Assembly (NCBI GenBank): GCA_035505915.1
Contig: DATJQI010000057.1
Location: forward strand, 11,774-75,773
Origin: Gemmatimonadales bacterium
Lineage (GTDB): Bacteria > Gemmatimonadota > Gemmatimonadetes > Gemmatimonadales > GWC2-71-9
Length of the DNA stretch: 64,000 nt
Direction: 5' to 3'
The notes under the pieces are model-generated. The model was not told where the DNA came from. It worked only from the letters and a program-made list of their open reading frames with translations, and did not search any database. Position 1 is the stretch's first letter; each line of letters opens with the position of its first letter. Positions 25,041 through 34,848 of this stretch are shown here, piece after piece. The position numbers were made by a program, and so were the translations under genes.

Positions 25041-25097
25041 ACCCGTTAAGTCACTACGCCATTTCCACTTATCCCGTTTCAGGCTAGCTTCCCCGCC

Positions 25098-26213
25098 ATG
25101 TCCGATCACGCGACACCCCACCTCTGGCTCGAGCACTGGCAGGACGAGTCGGACGCGGCGTTCCTGTACGGCGTTTTGGGCTCGGTGGAGCGAGACCCCA
25201 AGAAGCGCGACGTCTATACCCGGCTCGCGGACGTCGAGCAGCGGCACACGCGGCTCTGGGCCAAGCTCCTGAACGACAACGGCCACGCGGTCCCGGCCGG
25301 GCTGGCCGCCCCCTCCGTCGAAGCCCGGATCAAGGCGCGAATGGGCCGATGGTTCGGGCCGGGCTTTCTCCTCCCGCTCCTGCTGCGCGAGGAGGGCCGT
25401 GAAGTGAAGGGCTACATGGACCTGCACGAGACGTCGCACGCCGGGGACGCGCGCGCGGTGTCGCTCACGCTCGCGAAGGAATCGGCGGAGCACGCGCAGA
25501 CGCTCGCGGGCCTCGCGGGGGAGAGCGCCGAGCCGTGGCATCAGACGGAGTCCGGCGGATTCCTCCGGAACGTCGTGTACGGATTCAACGACGGGCTCAC
25601 CGCGAACTTCGGCCTGGTGGCGGGCGTCATCGGCGCCGCGGTCCAGCCTCACATGATCCTGCTGTCCGGCGCCGCCGGCATGATCGCGGACGCCCTGTCG
25701 ATGGGCGCCTCGGGGTACCTCGCCGCGAAGAGCGAGCAGGAGGTGTACGCGCACGAGATCGCGATGGAGAAGGAAGAGATCCGGGTGATGCCGGACGTCG
25801 AAGAAGAAGAGCTGGCGCTCGTCTACGAGGCGAAGGGGATCGACCGGACCGAAGCCCGGCGGATCGCGGCCGAGGTGATGCGGGATCCGCAGCGGGCGCT
25901 GGACGAGCAGGTGCGCGAGGAGCTGAAGATCGGGGAGGCCCGCTCCACGCCGTTCCGCGAGGGATGGGTGACCGGGGTCTCGACCGCCGTCGGCGCTTTC
26001 ATTCCCGTCGCGCCGTTCCTGGTGCTCTCGGGCCCCGCGGCGGTCTGGACCGCCTTCGGGCTCGCGATGGCGTCCCACTTCGCCGTGGGCGCCGCGCGCA
26101 GCTTCTTCACCGGCCGCGGGATCTTCCGCTCCGGACTCGACATGTTCGTGGTCGGCCTGGGTGTGGCGGGCGTCGGCTACGTGGTGGGAGATCTGCTGGC
26201 GAAGACTCTCTAG
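25098..26213 (+). CDS. Erythrin (ferritin-like)-VIT1/CCC1 fusion, MbfA-type membrane-bound ferritin / Fe(Mn) exporter
   Basis: The N-terminal di-iron domain has two ExxH motifs (DVEQRH, KESAEH). The C-terminal VIT1 domain has FNDGLTANFGLVAGV plus 5 TM segments. Confidence 0.82.
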   Translation: MSDHATPHLWLEHWQDESDAAFLYGVLGSVERDPKKRDVYTRLADVEQRHTRLWAKLLNDNGHAVPAGLAAPSVEARIKARMGRWFGPGFLLPLLLREEGREVKGYMDLHETSHAGDARAVSLTLAKESAEHAQTLAGLAGESAEPWHQTESGGFLRNVVYGFNDGLTANFGLVAGVIGAAVQPHMILLSGAAGMIADALSMGASGYLAAKSEQEVYAHEIAMEKEEIRVMPDVEEEELALVYEAKGIDRTEARRIAAEVMRDPQRALDEQVREELKIGEARSTPFREGWVTGVSTAVGAFIPVAPFLVLSGPAAVWTAFGLAMASHFAVGAARSFFTGRGIFRSGLDMFVVGLGVAGVGYVVGDLLAKTL

Positions 26214-28621
26214 ACGACGATGTTGGTTACGCGGTCTTGGACGTAGATCACCTTTTTCGGCTCTTTCCCTTCCAAGAACTTCTTCACGCTGTCGAGCTGG
26301 ACTGCCAGCGTCCACACTTGTTCCTTGGTAGCGCCGGGCGCCACCAAGAGAGTGCCACGAAGCTTACCGTTCACCTGCACGGCGATCTCCACACTCCCCG
26401 CGGCAGCCAGGGCGTCGTCCACCTCCGGCCAGTGCTGATCGAATACGGACCGGTCTGGCGCATCGCCAACCATGGTCCACAGCTCCTCGGCGAAATGCGG
26501 CGCATAAGGCGCGAGCAGGATGATGAGGCGCCCGATCGAGGTCTTCGTGGCCGCGTTCTTTTCCCGCACCAGATTGACGTACTCCATCATCGCGGAGATC
26601 GCCGTGTTGTAGCTGAGCGACTCCGTGTCGACCCCAACCTTGCGGATGGTCTGATGCAGCTTGGTCAGCACCTCGGCGGGCACCGGTCCGTCCGTCACCA
26701 CCGCGGCTTCATGGGCCAGCGCCCACACCTTTTCGAGAAAGCGCCGGACGCCGATGATCCCCTCGTCCCGGAAGTCCCCGCCCTCCTGAAACGGCCCCAG
26801 GAACATCAGGTACATCCGGAAGGTGTCCGCGCCCCACTTCTGGATGTAGGTGTCCGGGACCACGACGTTGCCCCGGGACTTGGACATCTTGGACCCGTCC
26901 TTGATGATCATCCCGTGGGCGCGGAAGACCGGGAACGGCTCCTCGAAATTCACGAGCCCCAGGTCCTTCAGGACCATGGTCGTGAACCGCGAGTACAGAA
27001 GATGGAGCACGGCGTGCTCGTTCCCGCCGATGTAGGTGGTCACGGGCAGCCAGGTCTTGGTGCGCGCCGGGTCGAAAGGCCGGTCCGTGAACTCGGTCGA
27101 CGGGTAACGCAGGAAGTACCAGGCCGAGTCGAGGAAGGTGTCCGAGACGTCGGTCTCCCGGCGCCCTTCCCCGCCGCACTGCGGGCACTTCACGAAGTAC
27201 CACTCCCGGTGCCGCGCCAGCGGGCTCACCCCGGTGTCGTCGGGCCGGAAGTCCTCGATGGGCGGCAGAAGCACCGGCAGGTCCCGTTCCGGCACGCCCA
27301 CCGGCCCGCACTTGTCGCAATAGATGATGGGGATGGGCGGACCCCAGTACCGCTGCCGGGAGATGCACCAGTCGTGGAGCCGGAACTGCACCCGCGGCGT
27401 CGCCGCTCCGCGGGCGGCGAGCCAGGCCACGATCTTGAACCGCGCCTCGGCGGAGGGAAGGCCGTCGAACTCGCCGGAATTGCACAGCACCCCGTCGTCT
27501 CCCACGAACGGCAGCGGCCCGTCTCCCTTCACCACCGGCCGGATGGGGAGGCCGAACTTGGTGGCGAATTCGTGGTCCCGTTCGTCGTGGGCGGGGACGG
27601 CCATGATCGCGCCGGTCCCGTAGTCCATCAGCACGTAGTCGGCGATCCAGATCGGAATCGCCTCCCCGGTGGCGGGGTTCCGGACGTACGAGCCCAGGAA
27701 CACGCCGGTCTTGGTGGTGTCCCCCACCCGCCGCGTCACGAGGTCCTTGGCCTGCGCTTCGCGCTGATAACCCCGCACGGCGGCCCGCTGCTCCCGCGCG
27801 GTGAGCGTGTCGACGAGCGGGTGCTCGGGAGCCAGCACCAGGTAGGTGGCGCCGAACACGGTGTCGGGCCGGGTGGTGAACACGGTGAGCTTCTGACCCG
27901 CGGGAGTCTCGAATACGAGCTCCGCCCCTTCGCTCCGTCCGATCCAGTTGCGCTGGAGGGTACGGGTCGATTCGGACCAGTCGAGCCGGTCCAGGTTGTC
28001 GAGGAGCCGCTGGGCGTGGGTGGTGATCGAGAAGAACCACTGCTCGAGAAAGCGCTGCTCGACGGCCGTCCCGCACCGCTCGCACCGCCCGTCGATGACC
28101 TGTTCGTTGGCCAGGACGGTCTTGTCCTTCGGACACCAGTTCACGGCCGCGCGCTTCTTGTAGGCCAGCCCCGCCTTGAAAAGCTGCAGGAAGAGCCACT
28201 GGGTCCACTTGTAGTACGCGGGATCGGTGGTGGCCAGCTCGTGGCGCCAGTCGAACATCCCGCCCAGCCGGTGCAGCTGCGTGCGGAAGGCGTCGATGTT
28301 CCGGGGGATGAGCTTCGCCGGGTGGGTCCCGATGCTGATGGCGTAGTTCTCGGAATGGATGCCGAACGCGTCGTACCCGATGGGCTCGAATACCGTGAAG
28401 CCCTGGAGCCGCTTGAAGCGGCCGAAGATGTCGGCCCCGGTGAACGCGAACATGTTCCCCACGTGGAGCCCTTCGGCCGACGGGTAGGGGAACATCATCA
28501 GGTTGAAGAACGGCTGGCGCGGGGGGTGATCGAGGTCGGGCTCGTTGGTGTGGCGCTCCTCCCAACGGGCCTGCCACCGGGCTTCCACCGCCGCCGGATC
28601 GTACGCGGGCGCTTGCGACAT
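26210..28621 (-). CDS. leuS: Leucine--tRNA ligase
   Basis: HVGN (HIGH-type) motif, KMSKSRGN, the CP1 editing region and Zn-ribbon-like CERCG / CPQCGG. 803 aa. Confidence 0.97.
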   Translation of the reverse strand: MSQAPAYDPAAVEARWQARWEERHTNEPDLDHPPRQPFFNLMMFPYPSAEGLHVGNMFAFTGADIFGRFKRLQGFTVFEPIGYDAFGIHSENYAISIGTHPAKLIPRNIDAFRTQLHRLGGMFDWRHELATTDPAYYKWTQWLFLQLFKAGLAYKKRAAVNWCPKDKTVLANEQVIDGRCERCGTAVEQRFLEQWFFSITTHAQRLLDNLDRLDWSESTRTLQRNWIGRSEGAELVFETPAGQKLTVFTTRPDTVFGATYLVLAPEHPLVDTLTAREQRAAVRGYQREAQAKDLVTRRVGDTTKTGVFLGSYVRNPATGEAIPIWIADYVLMDYGTGAIMAVPAHDERDHEFATKFGLPIRPVVKGDGPLPFVGDDGVLCNSGEFDGLPSAEARFKIVAWLAARGAATPRVQFRLHDWCISRQRYWGPPIPIIYCDKCGPVGVPERDLPVLLPPIEDFRPDDTGVSPLARHREWYFVKCPQCGGEGRRETDVSDTFLDSAWYFLRYPSTEFTDRPFDPARTKTWLPVTTYIGGNEHAVLHLLYSRFTTMVLKDLGLVNFEEPFPVFRAHGMIIKDGSKMSKSRGNVVVPDTYIQKWGADTFRMYLMFLGPFQEGGDFRDEGIIGVRRFLEKVWALAHEAAVVTDGPVPAEVLTKLHQTIRKVGVDTESLSYNTAISAMMEYVNLVREKNAATKTSIGRLIILLAPYAPHFAEELWTMVGDAPDRSVFDQHWPEVDDALAAAGSVEIAVQVNGKLRGTLLVAPGATKEQVWTLAVQLDSVKKFLEGKEPKKVIYVQDRVTNIVV

Positions 28622-28683
28622 AAGTGCCTGAAGCTAAACGGCCTTGCCCGCCCGTGAAACCCACCATACCTTCGCGCCAACCC

Positions 28684-30774
28684 ATGCCGAGCGACACCCA
28701 GCAACTCCGTCAGCGGTTCCTTCTGGCCGGCGTCGGTGCGGCCTTCGCCCTCCTGCTCCTGCTGGCCGTGGTCGCCGGAAACGCCGCGACGGCCTTCCTG
28801 CGCAACCAGGCGAACGTCCGGAGCCGGGACGTCGCCACGCGGATCGCCGGCGCAGTCACCCAGTATCTCCACGAGCGCCGCCGCGACGCGGACGCCCTGG
28901 CCGCGTCACCCGCGGTGGTAGCCGCCGCGCGGGCGGCGGGCGAAGCGGCGGTGCGCCGCGGCCTTGCCCACGCGGACTCGGCCACGCTGGCCGGCACCCG
29001 CGAGCTGGGCGGTGACCCCGCCCTCGCGGCGTATCTCCATGACTATCTCGGGTACTCGGAGTTCTCGCGCGTCTTCATCACCGAGAGCCACGGGTTCACG
29101 ATCATGGGCTCCTCTCCCACCCGGGACTTCGCCCAGGGCGGCAAGCTCTGGTGGCGCCAGGCCATGGCGCAGGGAGTCTTCGCCGGCCCCCCGGCGCTCG
29201 ACTCGATGACCACGCTCATGTCGATGGAGTACGACGTCGCCATCCGGCCGGCTCAGAGCGCCCGGCCGCTGGGCGTCCTCCGCGCCGTCTTCCCTCTGCA
29301 GCGCCTCGCCCCGGTCATCGCGGGCGTCGCCGGAGGCCGCGCCTACACCCAGGTGGTGGACGGCCAGGGACGGCTCGTGAGTGCCGATTCCGGCGGCGGG
29401 CTGCTCCAGACCGTCGCGGACGCCGCGAAGATCCCGGCGGCCGATACGGCGGTGACCACCGTCCTCACCACGCCGCGCGGCGACGAGCTGATCGTGGCCG
29501 TGCCCGCGAACGACGGGCGCTGGCGCGTGCTCTACCGCGAGCCGGCGGCCGCGGCCTATGCGGGCGCCGCCACCGCCCGCCGGTCCATCTGGCTCGGCGC
29601 CCTGGTGCTCTTGATCGTCACGGTGGGGATGCTGGCCGCGCTCGCGGGCTGGCTCAACCGCCGGGTGACCGAGCCGGTCCGGGAGGCGGGCCGGATCGCC
29701 GGGCGCGTGGCGGCGGGGGACCTCTCGGTGACCGTTTCGGCCGCGAGAGAGCGCACGGCCGAGGTGGCGGAGCTGATCTCCTCGATCCAGTCGATGGTGG
29801 TGGCCCTGCGGCGTCTGGTGGGCGCCATCCGCACCGCCGCCGACGAGTCCGCGGCGATGGCGTCCGAGATCTCGGCGTCGACCGAGGAGATGAGCGCCTC
29901 CACCGAGGAGATGAGCGCGACGTGCCAGGACCTCACCAGCCGCGCGGCCGACCAGGCCCAGCTGATCCGCCAGGCGGCGGACGAGGCGGCCAAGATCCTC
30001 GGCATCACGACCACGCTGGCGGCCGGGGCCGCGGAGGCGGCCCGGCGCAACGGCGACCTGGTGGGCGTGTCCAAGCGCCACCGGGACACCCTCGATCAAA
30101 GCACCGCCCAGCTGGCCAAGCTCGCGGCCGACGTGCAGCAGGGCGTGGCGGAGGCTCAGGCGCTCGCGACGGCGGGCGCGGAGATCGAGCGGTTCGTCGC
30201 CAAGGCCAAGGCCGTCGCCACCCAGACCAATACGCTGGCGCTGAACGCGGCCATCGAAGCGGCCCGGGCGGGCCCGCAGGGCCGCGGCTTCGCCGTCGTC
30301 GCGGACGAAGTGCGCAAGCTCGCGTCCCAGGCGGCGCTGTCCGCCGAGGAGACCGCCGCGACGGTCCGGGACGTGCTTTCACGCATCCAGGCGACGCGGG
30401 ACCGCCTGACCCGGCTGGCCGCCGCCGGCGCCGCCGCGCAGACCGCGGCCCAGTCCGCCGCCGAGGGACTCGGGACGGTGGCGACCACGGCCGAGGCGAA
30501 CGACGCCTGGAGCCGGGAGATCGCGAGTTCGGCGGACGCGGTGCGGCAGCTGGTGGAGGAGATCGCGAACCGGCTCACCACGGTCGCGAAGGGCACCCAG
30601 GAGCTCCTGGCGTCGGCGGAGGAGATCGCCGCGTCCAGCGAGGAGCAGAGCGCGTCCACGCAGGAAATCGCTTCCTCCGCCCATCAGCTCGCCACGGCGG
30701 CCGACTCCCTGACCGCGGCGGTGCAGACGTTCCGGCTGATGGCCGACGAGCCGAAGCGGGCCGCGGCCGACTAG
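28684..30774 (+). CDS. Methyl-accepting chemotaxis protein (Cache-like periplasmic sensor, HAMP, MCP signalling domain)
   Basis: The second ATG gives [30 protein letters not shown] (TM1). Highly conserved hairpin-tip sequence [33 protein letters not shown]. Confidence 0.9.
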   Translation: MPSDTQQLRQRFLLAGVGAAFALLLLLAVVAGNAATAFLRNQANVRSRDVATRIAGAVTQYLHERRRDADALAASPAVVAAARAAGEAAVRRGLAHADSATLAGTRELGGDPALAAYLHDYLGYSEFSRVFITESHGFTIMGSSPTRDFAQGGKLWWRQAMAQGVFAGPPALDSMTTLMSMEYDVAIRPAQSARPLGVLRAVFPLQRLAPVIAGVAGGRAYTQVVDGQGRLVSADSGGGLLQTVADAAKIPAADTAVTTVLTTPRGDELIVAVPANDGRWRVLYREPAAAAYAGAATARRSIWLGALVLLIVTVGMLAALAGWLNRRVTEPVREAGRIAGRVAAGDLSVTVSAARERTAEVAELISSIQSMVVALRRLVGAIRTAADESAAMASEISASTEEMSASTEEMSATCQDLTSRAADQAQLIRQAADEAAKILGITTTLAAGAAEAARRNGDLVGVSKRHRDTLDQSTAQLAKLAADVQQGVAEAQALATAGAEIERFVAKAKAVATQTNTLALNAAIEAARAGPQGRGFAVVADEVRKLASQAALSAEETAATVRDVLSRIQATRDRLTRLAAAGAAAQTAAQSAAEGLGTVATTAEANDAWSREIASSADAVRQLVEEIANRLTTVAKGTQELLASAEEIAASSEEQSASTQEIASSAHQLATAADSLTAAVQTFRLMADEPKRAAAD

Positions 30775-30784
30775 CCGTTCTTCG

Positions 30785-32071
30785 GTGCAGCGCCGACACC
30801 AGTTCCTCATCGCCCGGGCCGCGTATGTCGGCGTCGTGCTGCTGGCCACCCTCAGTCAGCTCGATTTCTCGCCCGACCTGAACGCGGCCGCCGTGCGGCT
30901 GGCCCGCGCGTTCACGCTGTCCCTCGAGTGGCGCGACGCGATCGACGGCCTCCGCAACCTGGCCCTGTTCGCGGGTCTCGGGGCGGTGTGGGTCGTCACG
31001 TCGATCTCGGGAAAGGTCCGGCAGGAGGTCTGGCGCAGCACCCTGTGGGGATGCGCGATCAGCGTCACCGTCGAGGGCCTGCAGGTCTTTTCCCCCATCC
31101 GCACCGCCAGCATCATCGACGTCACCACCAACACCCTGGGGACGCTGGGCGGGTCCGTGGTGGTCGCGATGTTGATCACGGAGGTGGTGCGCCGCCGCGG
31201 AGCCCGGTCGTACCTGGGCATCCCGACTTTCCTGGCGGCCGCCTCCTATCTCCTGGCCGTCGTCTGCGAATCCGTCACCCCCCTCTTCCGCTCGGAACCG
31301 GTCAAGGGCGTCTACGGAGGACCCCTGATCCGGCTGCGCGCGATGCTGGCGCTGGCCACGCCCTTGTCCCTGGACCAGATCCCCCTGTCGGACATCCCGC
31401 TGTACGCCGCGGCGGGCTTTCTCGCGGTGATGTGGCTGGCGGAGGTGGGGCGGGACGCGACCCGGGGCTGGCGCGGCGTGGCGATCGTTGGAGCCGCCGG
31501 CGCCTTCGCGCTGGAGCTCGCGCACGGGGGGCTCGGAGTGACGATCCGATGGGAGGGAGCCGCCACCGATGCCTCCTCCGTGGTCTTCGGCGCCTGGGCG
31601 GCGGCCCGATGGCTGCCCGCCGCCACCCGGACGTTCCGCGGCGCCGGACGGGCGCGGGCCGCCATCTACGCGTATGCGGCGCTCCTGATGCTCTGGGCCT
31701 GGCGTCCGCTCTATCCCCGCGTGGATGGAGACGAAATCCTGGCGCAGCTCTCCATTCCCCATCTCGTGCCCCTCGAGTCGCTGGCCGTGCGGGCCGACGT
31801 CTTCAGCGCCCTGCACGTCGCCCAGCAGTTCCTGCTCTACCTGCCTCTCGGGGCCCTGCTGGCGGTCTGGCCGCTGCGGAAGAAGGGGTGGTGGGGGAAC
31901 CTGACTCCGGCCCTGATCCTCGCGGCCATCCTCGAGACGGGCCATCTGCTCATCGAAGACCGGTTCTTCGACGTCACGAACTTCCTGATCGCGGCGGCCG
32001 GGCTCGCCATCGGGTGGGTGGTGCTGCGGCGGTCGGGCTATCCGGTGTACGGCGAGTCGCAGGCGGGGTGA
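30785..32071 (+). CDS. Polytopic membrane protein with two VanZ-like regions
   Basis: GTG start. About 10 TM segments. VanZ-like D-x3-N-x2-G (IIDVTTNTLGTLGG) and a second degenerate copy (FFDVTNFLIAAAG). Confidence 0.55.
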   Translation: MQRRHQFLIARAAYVGVVLLATLSQLDFSPDLNAAAVRLARAFTLSLEWRDAIDGLRNLALFAGLGAVWVVTSISGKVRQEVWRSTLWGCAISVTVEGLQVFSPIRTASIIDVTTNTLGTLGGSVVVAMLITEVVRRRGARSYLGIPTFLAAASYLLAVVCESVTPLFRSEPVKGVYGGPLIRLRAMLALATPLSLDQIPLSDIPLYAAAGFLAVMWLAEVGRDATRGWRGVAIVGAAGAFALELAHGGLGVTIRWEGAATDASSVVFGAWAAARWLPAATRTFRGAGRARAAIYAYAALLMLWAWRPLYPRVDGDEILAQLSIPHLVPLESLAVRADVFSALHVAQQFLLYLPLGALLAVWPLRKKGWWGNLTPALILAAILETGHLLIEDRFFDVTNFLIAAAGLAIGWVVLRRSGYPVYGESQAG

Positions 32072-32090
32072 ATCCCCCGCCTCTACCGGC

Positions 32091-33047
32091 TCACTTCTTC
32101 AAATTGATGGCCGGGGACAGATCTCCCCGCAGCAGCGCGTCCCGCACCGCCGCGCAGATCTCGAGCGCCACCCGTTTCTGCGCTTCGGCCGTGGAGGCCG
32201 CGAGGTGGGGCGTCAGGAGCACCCGCTCCAATCCCCGCAGCGGGGAGTCCTTGGGCAGGGGCTCCTCGGCGAACACGTCGATGGCCGCGCCGCCGATCCG
32301 CTTTTCCTTCACCGCCGCCACCAGCGCGCCCTCGTCCACCAGCTCACCCCTCGCCGTGTTCACCAGGTAGGCCGTCGGCTTCATCAACCTGATCCGCTGG
32401 GCGTTGAGGAGGTGCTTGGTCTCGTCGGTGAGGGCGACGTGCAGGGTCACGATGTCCGCCTCGCCCAGCAGCTGATCGATGGGCAGAAGCCGGGTCTGCA
32501 GCTCGGCCGCCCGCTGCGGCGACACGAAGGGATCGTACGCGATGATCGTCATCCCGAACGCGTGCGCGAGCTGGGCCACGTAGCCGCCGATCCGGCCCAG
32601 CCCCACGACGCCGAGCACTTTGCCCCGCAGCTCGCTGCCCTCGAACCGCTTCCGGTCCCAGCCCCCCTGCCGCATGGTTTCCGCGGCCTCGGGGATGTGG
32701 CGCAGGAGGGAAAGCAAGAGGGCGATGGCGTGCTCGGCGGCGCTGACCGTATTGGCGCCCGGCGCGTTCATCACCGCGATGCCCCGCTTGGTGGCCGCGG
32801 CGACGTCGATGGTGTCGACGCCGATCCCGGCCCGGGCGATCACCCGGAGGCCCGGGGCCCGCTCGATCATCTCCGCGGTCACCCGCGTCTCGCTCCGCAC
32901 GATGAGGGCGGCGGCTTCGGTCAGAGCCGCGTCCAGCTCCGCCCGCGGCTTGCCGGCGGCGTTCACGACGTGGATTTCCGGGGACGACGCGAGCAGCGCG
33001 ATCCCGGCATCCCCCAGCTTGTCGGCGATGACGACGCGGAAGGTCAT
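32091..33047 (-). CDS. serA: D-3-phosphoglycerate dehydrogenase, short form without ACT domain
   Basis: ATG at 33047 in an ATGA overlap. GVVGLGRIGGYVA Rossmann motif, NTARG, TPHLAAST. 318 aa. The longer 574-aa ORF overlaps the aminotransferase gene and is rejected. Confidence 0.85.
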   Translation of the reverse strand: MTFRVVIADKLGDAGIALLASSPEIHVVNAAGKPRAELDAALTEAAALIVRSETRVTAEMIERAPGLRVIARAGIGVDTIDVAAATKRGIAVMNAPGANTVSAAEHAIALLLSLLRHIPEAAETMRQGGWDRKRFEGSELRGKVLGVVGLGRIGGYVAQLAHAFGMTIIAYDPFVSPQRAAELQTRLLPIDQLLGEADIVTLHVALTDETKHLLNAQRIRLMKPTAYLVNTARGELVDEGALVAAVKEKRIGGAAIDVFAEEPLPKDSPLRGLERVLLTPHLAASTAEAQKRVALEICAAVRDALLRGDLSPAINLKK

Positions 33048-34129
33048 CCCAGGCTCCGGCCGACGAGATCGAGGAGGGTTTCGAGCGCCGGAACGGTGTG
33101 ATCGCCCATGTGCCCGATCCGGAACGTCGTGTCCTTCACGCCGCCGTACCCGGAGCCGATCACCCATCCCTCTTTCTTCACCGCCGCCACCAGGTCCTTG
33201 GAGGTGCGTCCCGCGGGCATCTTGATGCAGGAGACGGTCCAGCTGCGCCGGCCTTCGGGAGGCAGGTACGACAGGCCCCTCTCTTGCACCCACCGCTCCG
33301 TGGTCTTCCGCATGTCCTCGTGCCGCTTCCAGCGGGCCTCGATGCCCCCCTGGGCCTCGATGCGCTCGAGCTGAACGTCCAGCGCGTAGAACAGCGAGAT
33401 CGCGGGCGTGTTGGTCGGCTGGTACTTCGCGCTCGCTTTCTCGAAGGTGATCAGGTCGAAGTAGAGGCCCCGCGCCGGGAGCGTCTTGGCGCGCTCGAGC
33501 ATCCGGGGCGAGGCGACGCCCACCGCCAGCCCCGGCGGCAGCGCCAGCGCCTTCTGGGACCCCGTGAACACGAAGTCCAGGTCCCAGCCGTCGGTCTCCA
33601 CCGGCGAGCCCGCCATCGACGTCACGGCGTCCACCAGGAACAGCACGTCCGGGAACTCGCGGACCACGTCGGCGAGCGCCGCGACGTCCTGCAGGACGCC
33701 GGTGGAGGTCTCCGAGTGCGCCAGCGTGACCGCGTCCACCGGATTCTTCTTCAGGGCATCGCGCAGCTGGTCGGGCTCGACGAAGCCGCCCAGCGGCACT
33801 TCCAGGCGGACGCACTCCTTGTCACAGGCCGTGACCAGGTCCGCGAAGCGCTCGGAGAACGAGCCGTTGACGATCGACAGCGCCCGCTTCCGGACGCCGC
33901 CCCGGACCGCCATCTCCATGAACCCGGTGGCGGACGAGGTCCCGACCATCACGGTGCGGCTGGTGCGGGCCAGCTTCTGGAGCCGGGCCGAAGTCCGCTT
34001 GAGGAGATCCTCCATGGCGGACGAGCGGTGCCCGATCATCGGGCGCTCCATCGCGGCCAGGACGTCGGGATGGACGTCCGTCGGGCCGGGCAGGAAGAAC
34101 TTTCCGAACGACGGGGTCGCGGGACTCAT
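33044..34129 (-). CDS. Class-V PLP aminotransferase (phosphoserine / serine-glyoxylate aminotransferase type)
   Basis: PLP-lysine context TGSQKALALPPG. It is ATGA-coupled to serA, which suggests phosphoserine aminotransferase function. Confidence 0.8.
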   Translation of the reverse strand: MSPATPSFGKFFLPGPTDVHPDVLAAMERPMIGHRSSAMEDLLKRTSARLQKLARTSRTVMVGTSSATGFMEMAVRGGVRKRALSIVNGSFSERFADLVTACDKECVRLEVPLGGFVEPDQLRDALKKNPVDAVTLAHSETSTGVLQDVAALADVVREFPDVLFLVDAVTSMAGSPVETDGWDLDFVFTGSQKALALPPGLAVGVASPRMLERAKTLPARGLYFDLITFEKASAKYQPTNTPAISLFYALDVQLERIEAQGGIEARWKRHEDMRKTTERWVQERGLSYLPPEGRRSWTVSCIKMPAGRTSKDLVAAVKKEGWVIGSGYGGVKDTTFRIGHMGDHTVPALETLLDLVGRSLG

Positions 34130-34794
34130 GCGTCCACCGTCGCGCGGGACAGCTCGGCGGCCAGGCCCCCGACCACCTCATCGGTCTTCACCAGGCGAAC
34201 CCCTTCCTCTCCCCATTCCTTGAGCAGGTGTTCCGCGGCCCCGGCGTCGATGGGCTTCATCGCGTCGGTCACCGCGAAGAGCCGGGTGTGCAGGCGGTGG
34301 GCCAGGAGGCCCTCGATGGCGTAGCGGTCGCAGACGTCGAGCGCCACGCCGTACAGCACGATGTCGTCGGGTTGCAGCACGGTCAGCGCCGGCACGACGT
34401 TCGCGTTGGTGAAGACGTCGAACCAGTGCTTGTGGAAGAGCAGATCGCCCCGATGGGCCCGTAAGGTGTTCCCGAGCTCCACCGGGTCCCGCATCTCGGG
34501 CTCGATCACCAGCGGATTCACGAGCGCGGTTTCGGGGATCTTCTTCTGTCCCGGGGTCCCGCGCATGCAGTGGGGCGGAAACGTGTCTTTCCAGTTCGGC
34601 GTGTCGGACAGCTCCTTGTGTCCGGGCACGTGATCGTCGGCGGATGCCACGATGCGGATGCCGTTCTGGTGCGCGTAGTCGGTGAGGCGCTTGAGATTGG
34701 GGATCAGCTGCTCGGCGTCGGGCACGTACAGCCTTCCCGGCGCGCGCATGAAGTCGAATTGTGTGTCGACATCCCAGAAGATGACGCGGGCCAT
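34126..34794 (-). CDS. Isochorismatase-family cysteine hydrolase, probable nicotinamidase
   Basis: FWDVDTQFDF (Asp), FHKHWFDVF (Lys), GVALDVCDR (Cys), and PHCMRGTPG typical of PncA-like enzymes. Confidence 0.75.
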   Translation of the reverse strand: MARVIFWDVDTQFDFMRAPGRLYVPDAEQLIPNLKRLTDYAHQNGIRIVASADDHVPGHKELSDTPNWKDTFPPHCMRGTPGQKKIPETALVNPLVIEPEMRDPVELGNTLRAHRGDLLFHKHWFDVFTNANVVPALTVLQPDDIVLYGVALDVCDRYAIEGLLAHRLHTRLFAVTDAMKPIDAGAAEHLLKEWGEEGVRLVKTDEVVGGLAAELSRATVDA

Positions 34795-34848
34795 CCGGCT
34801 CCCCGGCGAATCAGGCTCCGGGAATCTCCGCGGGGGCCGGGGCGAGTG

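Noticed and set aside
24937-25097. A possible yybP-ykoY (Mn) riboswitch upstream of the VIT1-type transporter, suggested by GGGGGUAGCC resembling the conserved GGGGAGUAG segment.
   Set aside because: Only one short segment resembles the consensus. I could not find the second conserved loop or the four-way-junction layout by eye. I kept it as an unclassified structured element rather than calling a riboswitch. An Infernal scan would decide.
28624-28683. An upstream ATG at 28624 as the MCP start.
   Set aside because: It would begin 3 nt from the divergent leuS start codon, leaving no promoter or RBS space. It would also add a Pro/Lys-rich 20-aa extension before the normal N-terminus. ATG 28684 is preferred.
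29878-29920. A 21-nt tandem duplication in the MCP gene encoding STEEMSA twice.
   Set aside because: MCP signalling domains are built from heptads. The descending arm here ([21 protein letters not shown]) is mirrored by three similar heptads in the ascending arm ([21 protein letters not shown]). It therefore looks like normal family architecture rather than a recent slippage event.
32091-33815. A 574-aa ORF suggesting a long N-terminal extension on serA. Similar long N-terminal extensions appear at 34849-36156, 39185-40576, 43700-45079, 48890-50647 and 52692-54683.
   Set aside because: The extensions overlap well-supported upstream genes in another frame and are Arg/Pro/Gly-rich. Internal starts that coincide with ATGA/GTGA junctions give full-length, family-typical proteins.
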